Notes under the pieces: model-generated | Database searches by the model: none | What the model was told of the DNA's origin: nothing | What the model saw: only the letters and a program-made list of their open reading frames with translations | Shown: piece by piece, positions 47,191-60,037 of the stretch | Layout of the letters: the number at the start of each line of letters is the position of its first letter | Position numbering within the stretch: the first letter of the stretch is position 1 | NCBI RefSeq assembly: GCF_009834535.1 | Contig: NC_045696.1 | Span: 11,038,001-11,102,000, forward strand | Direction of reading: 5' to 3' | DNA length: 64,000 bases | Source: Camelus ferus | Taxonomy: Eukaryota | Made by a program: the position numbers and the translations under genes

Positions 47191-50100
47191 AACAGGCAAA
47201 TGGTGAGAAACAGTACTATAAAAACACTTGATCTGAATTGAATGTATTCATGACAGTTCTGTTTTATTTTGCTAAGTGCAGTTCCTTAATACCTGATCAC
47301 TGGAGTGCTGGGCATACAGTAGGCACCTAAATAATGTATAAATTAGTGGACTGACATGGACACCACCTAATGCAAACATGCCATATATCTGGCTTTAGAA
47401 TCTGTGTGTGTGTTGGGGGTGGGGGGCTGACCTGTGAGTTCAAACCTATGCTGAGAAAAGCTGCCTCGAGGGGCCTCAGGAAGCTGTCATCCTTCTGTTG
47501 TCCCCAGGTTAGCTCTTCTGGGCAATTCGCTCTGGCTTGGAATAGACCCATCGTTACTCTGACTGCTCCTGAATATACCAGTCCAAAGGATGCATCCTGC
47601 TGAACCTAATTTGGCAGGTCCTCATGAATGAAAGGAAAGTGGACGGAGCAAGTCAAGCAGCCAATGAAGATGGAAGGAAATGTTTTAGGTGCCAGAAGCA
47701 TCAAATACGTCTCTGTGAAGAGTAAAGAGTGGCAGAAAGAGCAGTGGGCATTGTCCGGGTCCCAGCAGACCACCCATGGCTTAAATCAGACACTCTAAAG
47801 TGGGCTTGATGAGGAGGCTTTACAGAAGTGTGGATGGGATGTGAATGCCTTGCAGGATGGTGTGGGACCCTGGGGCAAAGAAGGGCAGAGAGATGCTAGC
47901 ACTCCCAAGCCTGAGTGGCAAGGGCCGTGGTTTCCAGAACCCAGAGGGGGACATCCCCCGGGGAGAGGGCTGCTGCACGGAGCGGATGCCGGCCACGGGC
48001 AGTTGTGGTGCTTATGGTGTGCTGTGTTATGTTAGCTGTTTTTTGTGCCTGGATCTCTCATTGGACCGAGAGCCCCCAGAGGGCAAGGGGGCACGCTCTT
48101 CTCTGCGGTTTGCCCAGCACCTGGTATCTGTTCAATACATTCAGACTCTTCCATGTAGCATGAGGAACGCCTTTGTCACTGTCTTTCTGTGAGGTTCGTA
48201 CAAAGCCACTGCAGAAGTCAAAGCCCGCATAAACATGAATGGTTCTCAGCTTGAATGAAACACCTCCTGTGGTTAAGATTCCAGAAGACCCTCTGCCCGT
48301 GGCAGCTGTGAGGAGGATGGAGCAGTGGACGTGTCATTCCCCTTGCTAAGCCAGTTTCCTCGGTTGGATCATGAAGATCTGAGGAGATGACTCCTTGGTT
48401 GGCATGACTACTGAATAAATGCTACATTTAAAGGGTCCAATGCCAGCACCCAATGTACGTCAGTTACCATTACTGACATTGGGCCACTTACGTTAGATGG
48501 GAAAGTGGTACTTCTGAAAAAGGCCTTTGGGACTTAGATAACTGATAGTCTAAATTACATGCCTTCTTTGAATCCTGTTAAGTCAAAACAAGCATATATA
48601 GTTTGGTATGAGCAGACCTAAATATTAAAGCTGAACCTGGGAATAGGAAAAGAAATAAAAATAAAAATGGAAGGAGAATCGCCAGGATGGTAGCAGGGCA
48701 TGTGTTTGGTTGATGGGAAAGAGATGGGGGATTTTTTTCTCTATAGATTTTAAGATACTTCCCAAGCTTTTACGAGTTTACACTGCTTTGAAATGAAAGC
48801 GTACACAATGAACTTCTTACAAAGAAAGATAAAATTCATGTCTGGAGAGACGACAGCTTTTGAATATGAGGGTCTCTGAGGCGATTTTTTCAGAAATGTA
48901 AATTTTTCTGCAAATGTAAGAATAAACTGTTCTTTTGTAGAACTCAACTTGCCCCAGAAACCGTGACGTTTATCTAGAAGTAAAGAGATATTCTTTGAAT
49001 TTTCTTCCTGTTTTTTTTTTTTTTTTTTATTGCTTTCAGAGGCACAGAGTTGATTGTGGATATTTTTTTTTGTCTTCAGGAGTCTCATTATTATTTGGGG
49101 TTCTTAGCTAAGCACATTTATCCATTGAAAAAAACCCTAAAAACTCAAGAGATTTGAGAATGAGATGTATGATTTCTGTATAAACTTCCTACACTGGGAA
49201 GACGCAACAGTCTGAATTATGAAGTTACTCTTAGAAGTCTGATAAACTTAATTTTTTCTGTAAACTATTGTTTTTTCCTGTTTCAAAATAAATACATGTT
49301 TGTAGTTAAAAAACTTGAAAATCACAAATAATGCCAAAACCAGGAAATTAAAAATCCCCAGCAAATCTCACTATTAAGGAGGAAACAGTTAATCTTCAAA
49401 GAACATCCTTCTAGTCACTTTTCTACGTGTAAATGGGATTATACACATATTACTTTGTAAGCTACTTTTTTCCATTCCTAACGTATTTGTAAAAATTTTA
49501 ATATAAGCATCATTTTAAAGAGCTGCGCAGTTTCTCATGGTGTAGATATACCAGATCTACCGGCAGTATGTTCTTGGTAGACATTCAGATGATTTCTGTT
49601 GTTTGTTATTATAAAGAATTCTACGTGGAACATCCTTAGAGCCAGGTATTTGCATACACATGTGGTAGTTTCCAATTCTTGGAAGTCGATCGCTTTGTCA
49701 ACAGGTATTCAAAATATTAAGGCTTTGGATACACGCTGCCAAACTGTTATGCAGAAAACTTGTACCAACGGGTGCTCCTGCGGAATTGTGTGTAAGTCCT
49801 AGAAACTTAATATTTTCTTAGGAGGTGTGCCTGATCATATTCTTTAAGGCTAACAGAGGAAGCGGAGGCCAAAAAGACTCCCATTTATAAGATCACAATC
49901 CTCTTGGACCCAGGAGGTCTTGTGACTAGTGTGATTTACAGAGGCAAGCTTTTGCACTCATAGTTACCCTGGGAGCGAAAGAATTTATCTTGGTGAAAGT
50001 GAAAGAATCCACAGTGTGTTTTCAGGAAGAGGCCCGAGGTAATTCAGGCCCCACGCGGGTATGACCATTTCCTTGTTGACGCTGAGCTCTGAACCATTGG

Positions 50101-50814
50101 CAGGATTCTTTGCTTTTCTTTTTTTTTTTTTTTTTTTTAAATGGTTATTTCCCTCCCAGACTGATTTTGTTTGCATCCTCTCTTCCTGGCAAACTACCTT
50201 CCACCCCAATACATGTGATAACAAGATACTCAACCATTTAATTTGTATTTTTTTGGCGACCGTTTAACACTGAAACTGAAGTTAATCGCTCTTTACAACC
50301 TGTGTTTATTTAGATAATTAGGTTGGTTGCTCTTAAGAGAGTCTGCCTTGGCAGTGGGAGCCCCTGGCACCTTGATCTTTAGCTGAAAAGTCCAGGCCTG
50401 CCCACACTTGGCCTTGGGGCGGCCTCAGCCCAGCCTTTGAGGTGCATCGTGTGGTTTTCTCACTCTCTTATTAAGGAAATAGAACCCCTGGAGCCCACCC
50501 AGAAAATGTATCTGCAGCAGGAAATGACGTGCCATGGTGGACGCCCCCCCAAGGGACCTTCCTGAAGGCCGGCTTTCCGAAGTTCACGCCCAGGTCTGTG
50601 GCAAGGCTCACTCCCCTCTCGTGCTAGGATGCTGTTTCGCTGGTGCTTATCTGGAATCGATGCCATCCATTATTTTCATACCTTTCTTTCAGTTTCTTTC
50701 TCTTCCACTAGACGAGGCGTAAGTTCTGATGGATCTGGTTGCTCCTTGGCAGCCAGAGCGGTCACCAGCCTTGCTGGTCTTCTCTTTGGCTTGACAGCGC
50801 TGATGGTCAGCCTT

Positions 50815-51187
50815 CATATCCCAAGGGCTGTGGTAACAAGGACCACAAACTGGGTGACTTAAAAGACAGAATTTTGTTTCATTTCAGTTCTGGAGGCTGG
50901 ACGTCCAACATATGAGGAGGGTTGGCTCCTTCTGAGGCATCTGTCCTTAGCTTGCAAATGGCCGACCTCTCCCTGTGTCCTTGCGGGGTCTTCCCTCCAC
51001 AGGTGTCTGTGTCCTCCTTCCCTCTTCTTGTAAGGACTGCAGTCATGCTGGGTTAGGGCCCTCCCATACGACCTCAACTTAACTGAGTCACCGCTTTAAA
51101 GGCCCCATCTCCCCCAAACATTCTGAGGTACTAGGGGTTAGGACTTCAACAAAGGAATTTTAGGCGGGACACAATTCAGCCCTGAAC
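50815..51187 (-). mobile_element. MaLR LTR (MLT1B/C-like)
   Basis: ccacaaactgggtgacttaaaa...cagttctggaggctgga...cattctgaggtactaggggttaggacttcaac...gggacacaattcagccc. Confidence 0.78.
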
Positions 51188-51199
51188 AGCCCCAAGACC

Positions 51200-51790
51200 G
51201 CCTCTGATGGTCTCCACTTCCTGGAATTCACATCCTGTGTAGCCTCCTCCCTCAACAAATGAGCTGGTCGGTGTGACCCAGAGTCTGGTGGAGGGGAAGG
51301 TGTGTGGCTTCCTTTTATTCTTCCACCTCACAGGCCCTGGGAGAGGCCAGCTGCTGTGTTGCGAGGACACTCAAGAGGCCCCGGTGGGGAGAACCAAGGC
51401 CTCCCACTGACAACCAGCACCCGCTTGGCCGCCACAGGAGTGAGTCACCTTGGACGTCCAGCCCTCAGATGACCGCAGCCCAAGACGACGTCTGAGCTGC
51501 AACTTCACAAGACCCCACGAGACCCCAAGCAAGAACTTCCCAGCTAGGCTACCCCCAGGAGCCCTACGCCACAGAAACTGTGAGGTAATACATGTTCATT
51601 TGTGTTTTAAGCCATTAAATTTGGGAGTATTTCATTACATAGCAATAGAAAACAAATACACATTTTGAAATGTGGAAGTGGGTTGTCAGGGTAAAAAAAA
51701 CCCTAAAAGTATGGAAGTAGCTTTGGGACTGGGCAGTGGGCTTGGGTTGGGAGGACCTTGAGGAGACTGTTGGTGAAAGTCTAACGGCCT
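51200..51790 (+). mobile_element. MaLR LTR (MLT1F-like) followed by the start of internal sequence
   Basis: LTR end ttttaagccattaaatttggg...atagcaatagaaaacaaataca (51660), then ttttgaaatgtggaagtggg...gtagctttgggactgggcagtggg, typical of MaLR-internal 5' ends. Confidence 0.6.
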
Positions 51791-52969
51791 TAGAGACAAG
51801 CCCAGCACCCGTAACCTCTGTCCCCCGAGGCCAAGCGCATCTTCAGGGCAGAGCTCCCCAGCTTCAATGGTGGACGCACACAGGCACGCTGAGTGTTCCT
51901 GCTCCAGGCTTCCCTCGGGCTCTTGACTTTGGCACTGGGCAGTGCCCCCCTCCCTGTACCACACAGATATAATTTCCTGTGTGTGATGACGTGGGAAGGC
52001 TGGGAAGCACTGTTCAAGTCCAGGGTGTGGCGTGTGACCAGCGCCTGACCATGGCTGTGCCTGCCCTGATGCATTCCAGACGGGGCCAGCTTAGAGCATC
52101 ACGCATGGTACATGGAGGCTCTGCCCACCCTCCTCCAGGCCCAGACCCGGAGACGGGGGCCTTGCTGAGGAAGCGTGAACACCCTTATGTCCCTGGGAAT
52201 GTCCAATAGGAGCTTGGGTCCCACTAGGGGAGGTGCTGACAGCCAGGCCTCGGGCAGCCCTGAGGATCCTTGTGGGAGCATGATGGTGTCATACCATGAC
52301 TTGCGAGCCCCAGGCACATGCCCCGACTTCCACAGCGGCGTCTCTCTCACCACCACCACTCAGGCCTTCCTCCTGAACTTATCCTATGAAGTACACAGAA
52401 GCAACCAGCCCTTTATAACAAACCCAGACTACGACTACGAGTTCAGAAAAAACACAGGGTGGGGTTAGGACACTTACAGCAGAAAAAGTATGTAAAGGGC
52501 TAATGTCTCCACTCTGCTGCAAGCTCATACAAATTTATGAAAAAAATTAAGACCTCAACAACAATAAAAAAAGGACAAGGGCTAGAGATACAATGTGCGT
52601 AATCACAAATATAATAACCACAAAAACATGGGGAAATGCTCAAAGTCATTGATAATAAAAAAAAGCAACTAAAAATATATAGAAAGACCATTTTAGACCT
52701 ATTAACTTGGAAACATGAAGTAAAAATAATACACAATGTTGCCAAGTTTGCAGGGAGACCTGCAGCTCCATGCGGATGTTTACACATATAAATTGGTATG
52801 AAAAGGTTTTGGAAAGGCCTCTGGCGGTACAGATGAAGACTGTACACATGCCCTCTTTTGGTATAAAACTTCTGGGAATTTATCCCAAGGAAATAATCCA
52901 GAAGGAAGAAAGAGCTATAAGCACAAGTTCATTATACATTGTTTATGATATTTGAAAATCAGGAACAAT

Positions 52970-53944
52970 GAAAACAAACAACCCAATTAAAAAAATGGAC
53001 AGAAGACCTAAATAGACATTTCTCTAAAGAAGACATACAGACAGCCAACAGGCACATGAAAGGATGCTCAAGATCACTAATTAGCAGAGAGATGCAAATC
53101 AAAACTACAGTGAGGTACCGCCTCACACCAGTCAGAATGGCCGTCATTAAAAAGTCCACAAACAATAAATACTGCAGCAGGTGTGGAGAAAAGGGCACCC
53201 TCCTACACTGTGGGTGGGAATGTAATTTAGTGCAGCCACTATGGAAAGTAGTACGGAGGTTCCTTAAAAAACTAAAAATAGACTTACCAGATAATCCAGC
53301 AATCCCACTCCTGGGTATATGTTGAGAGAAAACTCTAATTTGACAATATACATGCACCCCGATGTTCATAGCAGCACTATTTACAACAGCCAAGACATGG
53401 AAGCAGCCTAAATGTCCATGGACGGACGACTAGATAAAGAAGTTGTGGTATATATATAGACAATGGGATACTACTCAGCCAAAAAAAAGGAATGAAATAA
53501 GGCCATTTACAGCAACATGGATGGACCTAGGGATTATTATACTAAGTGAAGCAAGTCAGACAGAGAAAGACAAATATCATACAATATCACTCATATGTGA
53601 AATCTAAAAAAATTTATACAAATGAGCTTATTTACAAAACAGAAAGAGACTTAGAGACATAGAAAACAAATTTATGGCTACCAAAGGGGAAAGAGGGAGG
53701 GAGAGAGGGATAAATTAAGAGTTTGGGATTAGCAGATACAAACTACTGTCTATAAAATAGATAAACAACAAAGTCCTAATGTAGAGCACAGGGAACTACA
53801 TTCAGTATCTTGTGATAACCTATAATGAAAAAGAATATATATATATGTGTGTGTATGTATAACTGAATCACTATGCTGTATGTCAGCAACTAACACATAA
53901 CTCAACCAAATTTCAATAAAACTAAAATTTTTTTTTTAATTTTA
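52970..53944 (+). mobile_element. 5'-truncated L1 (~975 bp) with degenerate ORF2 C-terminus, nested in an older L1
   Basis: ORF 53056-53325 ([19 protein letters not shown]...[18 protein letters not shown]...PAIPLLGI) is the L1 ORF2 C-terminal region, ended by a premature stop. Perfect 15-bp TSD aaaatcaggaacaat at 52955-52969 and 53945-53959. Confidence 0.93.
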
Positions 53945-55830
53945 AAAATCAGGAACAATAGAATAATCTAGCCACTAGGGAATGATTAAGTAAATTACAC
54001 ACTGCATCCCTTTAAAGTGAGTAATTGACATTGTTAGGATTTTGTTGGCCTCTTGGAAAACCACGCATGATACGAAGTTAAATTTGAGAACAGAATTCAA
54101 ATGTATCTGCTTTAGAATTGCCATTATGTAAACACTGTTCTCTGCTCACACACTGGGACTTGGAGGAGCTCTTGAAAAGAAAAGTCTTTTCATTTGATGG
54201 GTAACATTTGTGGCTGAATCTTTTTCTTATTTCTAGTCAATATCATTACAGTGCTTGTGCAGATCCACAACAACCGTGATAACAGTCATCTTTTAGGAAG
54301 AACTGGAAATGTTCGCTCACAGCTGGTGCCTGAGGGCTGAAGCCACACTTCGCTCCTCTTCCTGACTGTGTACTGAGAGCTTCACCACGTGTCCTCCCAG
54401 CGGGGTACCTCTGAGCATGTGGGGTTTCACCAGACTTTAGCTTACACACAAGAGGAAAAGGACAAATATCACCCCTCAAAGGCTCACGGTGGCTTTCAGG
54501 AGCCAACTCCCTTGGCTTTTAGGCAATCATCCTATCAAGCTCATGTCAGGCTCCAGGGTTAAAAATAAACAGCCCTTTCTCCTTCTTCAAAGCCTGAGGC
54601 CGAGCTGCAGTAATAACTAGGAACACAGAGCAGAGAGCACACACTGGCGGCCCGGGGACCGGATGTAGCCTGTAGGCATGTTTTATTTGGCTCACACAGT
54701 GTTTTAAAAGTCAGAAATTTTCACATTAAAAAAAAAATTGGATTTCCAGCATCTCATGAGAGGCTGGAAGCTGTGACGACACCAGGCCCACATTCCAGGC
54801 CAGCAACCATCTGCTCGCAGGGTGCCTCACTTGGGCGGGGCTCTGATCCATTCATGGGGCTCAAATTCACATGGGCACCTACTCTGAGCCAGGCCCTGCT
54901 CTGGTTGCAAGAAAGGGACAGACATCACCCCTGCAGTGCTCACCTTCTCCCGGGGAGAGAGACCATATGCACATAAGTACCTATTTCCATGTTATAAAGA
55001 CAATCACACAGATGGTGGGGGTTCGGGGGGACAGCTCTAGAGGGACGTTAGAGACAAGGTAATGTGCTGGAAGGGTGCCTTGGAAAACCTCTCTGAGATG
55101 ATGTCTGAGTTGATTCTTGAATGACAAGATGGCGCTGGCCAAGCAAAGATGTGGGGTGAGAACATTCCAAAGGAAGAACTTGTGCAAAGGCCCTGGGGTA
55201 TAAATGAGTGTGGAGTGCTCTAGAGGTAGTGAAGGAAGGAGAGAGAGAGGCAGGACCACAGCTGGGAGAGTGGATTTATTCTAATTACAGTGGGCAGAGT
55301 GGAGGGCTTTAAGTGGGGTGGGGGGGATGTGATCTCATTTGATTTAAATAAAACCCCTCTGACTGCTAAGTGAAGAAGAGACTAAGTAGGGGGGAGGAAA
55401 CCGGGGGTTTGGGAGGCCAGAGACTAGTCAGCAGGCAGCCCAGATGGTCCAGGTGAGAGAAGCTCAGAGCGGGCTGGGAGCAAATAGGCTGGATTCAAGA
55501 TGCAAAGTGCAGGGAGAGCCCACAGGACTTGCAGAGGCAGTGGGTGGGAGACGGGATCAAAAGAGGGTGCTTTTTAAAGGGAGCGACGTTGATGTGTGTA
55601 TACAGGAGGGAAAACTGATGATTGTGGGGGGCAAATATGCCAAGTGCAATTTGGAACCCTCATGTACAGTCTACCTGGGCCAAGGAGGGGACAATTTCTT
55701 AGCACGTGGTTAAATCAAGAAAATGTGTCAGCGCAAGCAGCCAATGGTTCACATTTTTGCACACATGCACAGTTCTACTTAACCTGGGAGGTAAGAACAG
55801 AGTCAAAGCTTCTGAGTGAGGCTGGGGGTT

Positions 55831-55947
55831 GAGATGAACGGGCATTCAAGATGGTAAGATGGATGGGGATTCAAGATGGTAAGATGGATGGGGATTCAAA
55901 ACGGTGAGATAGATGGGTACTCAAGATAGCGAGATGAACAGGCATTC
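55831..55947. repeat. 25-bp minisatellite (gatggtaagatggatggggattcaa), about 4.7 copies
   Basis: Two identical central units with diverged outer units. Confidence 0.88.
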
Positions 55948-57447
55948 TCAAGGACCCTTTCATTTTCCCTTGAAGCCCCTTCTCACTGCAGAGCTCAGGG
56001 CCAGCAGGTCTCTGGCATTTGGGCAGCAGTTCATAAATGCAGTGAAGAGTGTGATCCTCTCTAAAGAAGGTATTTCACACCAGTGGAGAAAAGGAGGATT
56101 AGTCATTAAATAGAGCTGAGACAAAAAGTTGTCATCTGGAATAAAAATTGGATCCATAAAAAAAAAAGGAGAATGTGATCCTCTGCCTCACAGGTACCCA
56201 AGGGGCAGTGGGCAGAAGCTCTCAACTGTGAGGGGTGGGAGGGGAGGGCAGAGGAACAAGCAGGCTGTTTTTGCCCTACAACTTGGCCAGGGCTCAAGCT
56301 TTCAAAACTGAACAGCAAAGCCAAGAGCAGTCTTCCATTCACAGACCTTCCTCGAGTCAACAAGGCTTACTCATGGCATCAGAACAGCTGGCTGACCTGA
56401 GGATTCCTCAAACTCTCTACGGAAACCTGTCTTCTAGCCATGGTGTCTGCTAACGCTTCCTTTGGCCGATGACTTTCCCCTTTAAACCTAACTCCCATCC
56501 ATCTTCCCAGGAACCTAAGGCAGCGATTCACGGAACGTAAATCATTCAGCCTGCGTACAGATCTGCCTACTTGGTTGACCACCTTCTGCTCAAAAGAACC
56601 GCTGAAATAGATGTTACTGACTGCTGTCTCCCAAACACATGTGGCTAAGCTAGACTTAGAAGGCTCAAGAAATGGGGGGCCCACACCGATATTAAGAATT
56701 AGAGTTCCTTTTTGTAGAAAGAGGTCAGATTACCTTGTCCACCTAAGCAAACCAGATAATTCACGGAGCCCTAGCAGCATGTTCAGAAAGACGGAGATCA
56801 GATTTGCTTGTTAGAAGGCTGCGTCCAGCCACCCTGGGGAAAAACCATGCCTAGGACTGGAGGGACTCCTGTGATGGCCAGGCAATGGTCCCTTGACCTA
56901 ATGGAGTAGCAGGAACAAGAGCGGAGGGGGTGGAGACACTCTGAACACATGGAGATTTATATGAGAGGGAGAATGGAGTTTCCAAACCAGCGGGTCACTT
57001 GCTGGGCCACGGGGCATGGACAGACAGCAGGAGCCACCCTCACAAGTGCCTCTCTGCCCATGTGGCAGCCAAGCCTGTTAAGACAGAAGCTAATTAAGAG
57101 TGACTGGATGCCCAGATAGAAGGACCTTTCCTCCTGAACACTGGGTGAGGGACCTGGGGATACACGTGACACAAGTTCCTTGTGAATCATGTTTTGCCTG
57201 AGAGTTTGACTGTGTAGATAGGGCACTTTATGTTCTTTTTTGTTTTTTCTTCAGAGCCAAGATATTACTTATACATGAATGTCTTTTTAAAATTAATGTT
57301 TAATTTCACATGTGATCCATGAATCAATTGGAGCAATTTAACACATTAAAGAGCTCGTTTTAGATTTGATGAATAAAGTGAAACTTTCTTGGGAGGTTTC
57401 ATTCACAACAGGGTCTGTTCTCTCTGGTTATAGGGTGGGTGAAGATC

Positions 57448-57903
57448 ATGGTTAATCTCTTGTGTCATTCTGGTGAGGCTATTTGCCCAGCGGTTTGGTC
57501 AAACATCAGTCTAGATGCTACCGTGTAAGTATTTTTAAGATATGAGTAACATTCAATCAGCAGAGTTTGAGTAAAGCGGATCACCCTCCACAACATGGGT
57601 GGACTTCAACCAATCTACGGGAGGCCATAAGAGTAAAGACTGAGGTTTTCCAAAAAAGGAATTTTTTTCCAGGCTGCAACACAAAAATTCTGCCAGGATT
57701 TCCAGCCTGCTGTCCTGTGGAATTCACATTCAAGACTGAACATCAACTCTTACCTGAGTTTTCAGACTGCCCGTCTGCCCTGCAGATTTCAAACTTGCCA
57801 GCCCCCACAACTGTGTCAGTCAATTCTTTAAAAACCAGTCTCTTTCCATCTATAGATCTCCTCTTGGCTCTGTTTCTCTGGAGAATCCTGACTAATAATA
57901 ACA
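57448..57903 (+). mobile_element. ERVL LTR (MLT2-like)
   Basis: tggttaat...tttggtcaaacatcagtctagatg...gagtaaagcggatcaccctcc...ttcaaacttgccagcccccacaa...tctgtttctctggagaatcctgactaata. Confidence 0.78.
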
Positions 57904-58549
57904 CAGAGTGACTTTGAAGGCTGGAGTTTCCAGGCATATCCTGGCCATTCACCTCTCAGCTCCAAGCTCAGACTCCTAAGAAGGATGACTTGTTGAGCTC
58001 TTCTTGACCCTGGACACAGCCTCAGGGCCTTGTACAAGCCCTTCCTTCCACCTGGACACCTTCCCCAGGTGTCTGCAGCCTCATCTCCTCTGCTCTGCAT
58101 GCTCATCACCCCAGAAAATGGAGCTTCCCTGCAGCACCCACCCGGCTTCCCTCCTTCCCTTCCCCACACGCGGTTCCCTTAGCGCCTATCCACACCTGAA
58201 ATACAACATGTTAGCTTGTTTGTTTTCTGTTTTCTCATTGCCTCCCCATCCACTGCTGGAAGGTCAGCTCCATGTAGACTCTGTGTTTATCACTGATGAC
58301 TCTTCCATGCCTAGAACGGGCCCTGCATACAGCAGGCACTCAATGACTCCTTGGTGTAGACTAAATGAACCACAGATGGATTCAGGCAGGTGGGGCAGAA
58401 AGAGGCAGGACCCTGGTGGGTGGTTTCCCCCTGCCCTTGACCTTCCCTCTAATCCAGGTGCCAGCCACTGCGTGGCTTCCTTCCCTGGGGAGACAGAGAC
58501 GTAACCTACTCAGACAGCACCCTAATAACAGTCACATAGAAACACCTAC

Positions 58550-58702
58550 CAAAAGGGGGGAGCCGCTCGGCTTCCGAGGAGCAGACGTCCCTCTCCTGGG
58601 TCCTCCTGCCGTAGGTCGCAGAGTAGATGTTGAGAAACTTGGATTCGTGGCAGTGCAGTTTCAGCTCGTGGTCTTCACACACGGTTTTGTTTTTTAATTC
58701 AT
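58550..58702 (-). CDS. EVA1C: EVA1C internal coding exon (human exon 4 equivalent), first half of the second SUEL/rhamnose-binding lectin domain
   Basis: 153 nt. Acceptor tttctgcttcag|AT, donor TTTG|gtaggt. Translates (x)ELKNKTVCEDHELKLHCHESKFLNIYSATYGRRTQERDVCSSEAERLPPF, which has the SUEL C-x7-C and YGR motifs and matches recalled EVA1C sequence. Exon numbering is by analogy to human. Confidence 0.95.
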
Positions 58703-59599
58703 CTGAAGCAGAAACAAAAATTGGCGGCACCATCACCTTCTCGCAGAAGGAATCGGTGAGCACCTCCCACATCCCGCCGTGCCCCGTCTGCTGTGGGGCT
58801 GCACCCCAAGAAGCAGACAGTCGCTATGGCCCTGCCTGCCTTGGGGTCTCTGACCCTGAAATCTCTTTGCAGGAAGAGGGTGAGTGGCAGCCTGTCGGCA
58901 AGTGCAAAGCCCCAGGAGTTAAACTACGGAGCAAACGGAGGAGGAGAGACGCCTGGACGAAGACCTCGCCAGGGCTAGGTTCCGGGTCAGGCGTGGCCGT
59001 AAAGGAAGTTTCTCTCTCTCTCCACTTGAGGTCACACATTCCTTAACTGAAGGGAGCCTTTTCTCAAATGCTGTCTTGAGACCCATACAGGTAAAGACCA
59101 GGAATTACCTGATAGAAAATTAATTTCAGGAGGGAGTCCGGCTAAGCCTCACCACCCAACTTCACAGTGTTCTAGCATCCCATTTGTGTATTCACAAAGA
59201 GAGAGAAAAGTGACAGAAAAGCGTAGTATTTCCTTTCCTTGGACAGGACAAAAACCAAGGCACAGGGTCTGGGAAGAACCCCTTCACGGAGGACTGTGAA
59301 TAGCCGGCCCCAAGTCTGGTGGTGCAGGAGCAACGGGCACCCGGGCTGGCGTGTGCCTTGGGGGAGGCTCATTCCAACCAGCTCACAGTTCCCAGAGAAT
59401 TTAGGAAAAGTCTGTTTATTTGTTTAATCCACGTACCGCAGTAAAAATTTCCCTTTGTAACATCACACAGAGTTGACATTATAAATGCACCCTGAAGAAA
59501 ATATAGTTTATTGGTTTTTAAAAAAAGAGTGTATCGAGAAACATTCAATGACTTAAAGTGCTTAACAATGATTTGATTTTTAAAGTAATAACAGTTAAC

Positions 59600-59885
59600 G
59601 TTCCAGACACAAAAAGACTACCTAACGTATGATTCTATTTCTATAAAGTATCCAGAAAAGGCCAACCTAGAGAGACAGAACAAAGGTCAGTGGTTTCCTG
59701 AGGCTGAGGGTTGGGACCATGGAGTGAGGATGGCAAACGGACACAAGGACATTTTTTGAGATGATGAAAATGTTCTATAGCTGGTCTGTCGTGGTGGCCG
59801 CACAACTCAGCACGTTTACTGAAAATTACTGAATTGTACACTTAAAACAAGTGCATTTTGTGCTATGTAAATTATACCTCAACAA
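59600..59885 (+). mobile_element. Old L1 3' fragment (L1MB/ME-like)
   Basis: ccagacacaaaaagactac...tatgattctattt...tgaaaatgttcta...tgaattgtacacttaaaa...tatgtaaattatacctcaa. Confidence 0.75.
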
Positions 59886-59889
59886 AAAA

Positions 59890-60037
59890 ATTTTTTTTTT
59901 AATTTTGAAGGGGGAAATAATTAGGTTTGTTTGTTTACTTACTTATTTATTTATTTAATGGAGGTGCTGGGGATTGAACCCAGGACCTTCATAGTGCGCT
60001 AGGCATGCACTCTACCACTGAGCTACACCCTCCCTCC
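59890..60037 (-). mobile_element. tRNA-Ala-derived SINE, long form
   Basis: tggaggtgctggggattgaacccaggacc...ctctaccactgagctacaccctccc, preceded by a (ttta)n/attaggttt tail and a T-run. Confidence 0.88.

Noticed and set aside
52959..53393. 144-aa minus-strand ORF ([15 protein letters not shown]…); similar ORFs at 1730, 3402 and 3739
   Set aside because: Antisense translations of L1 3' sequence.
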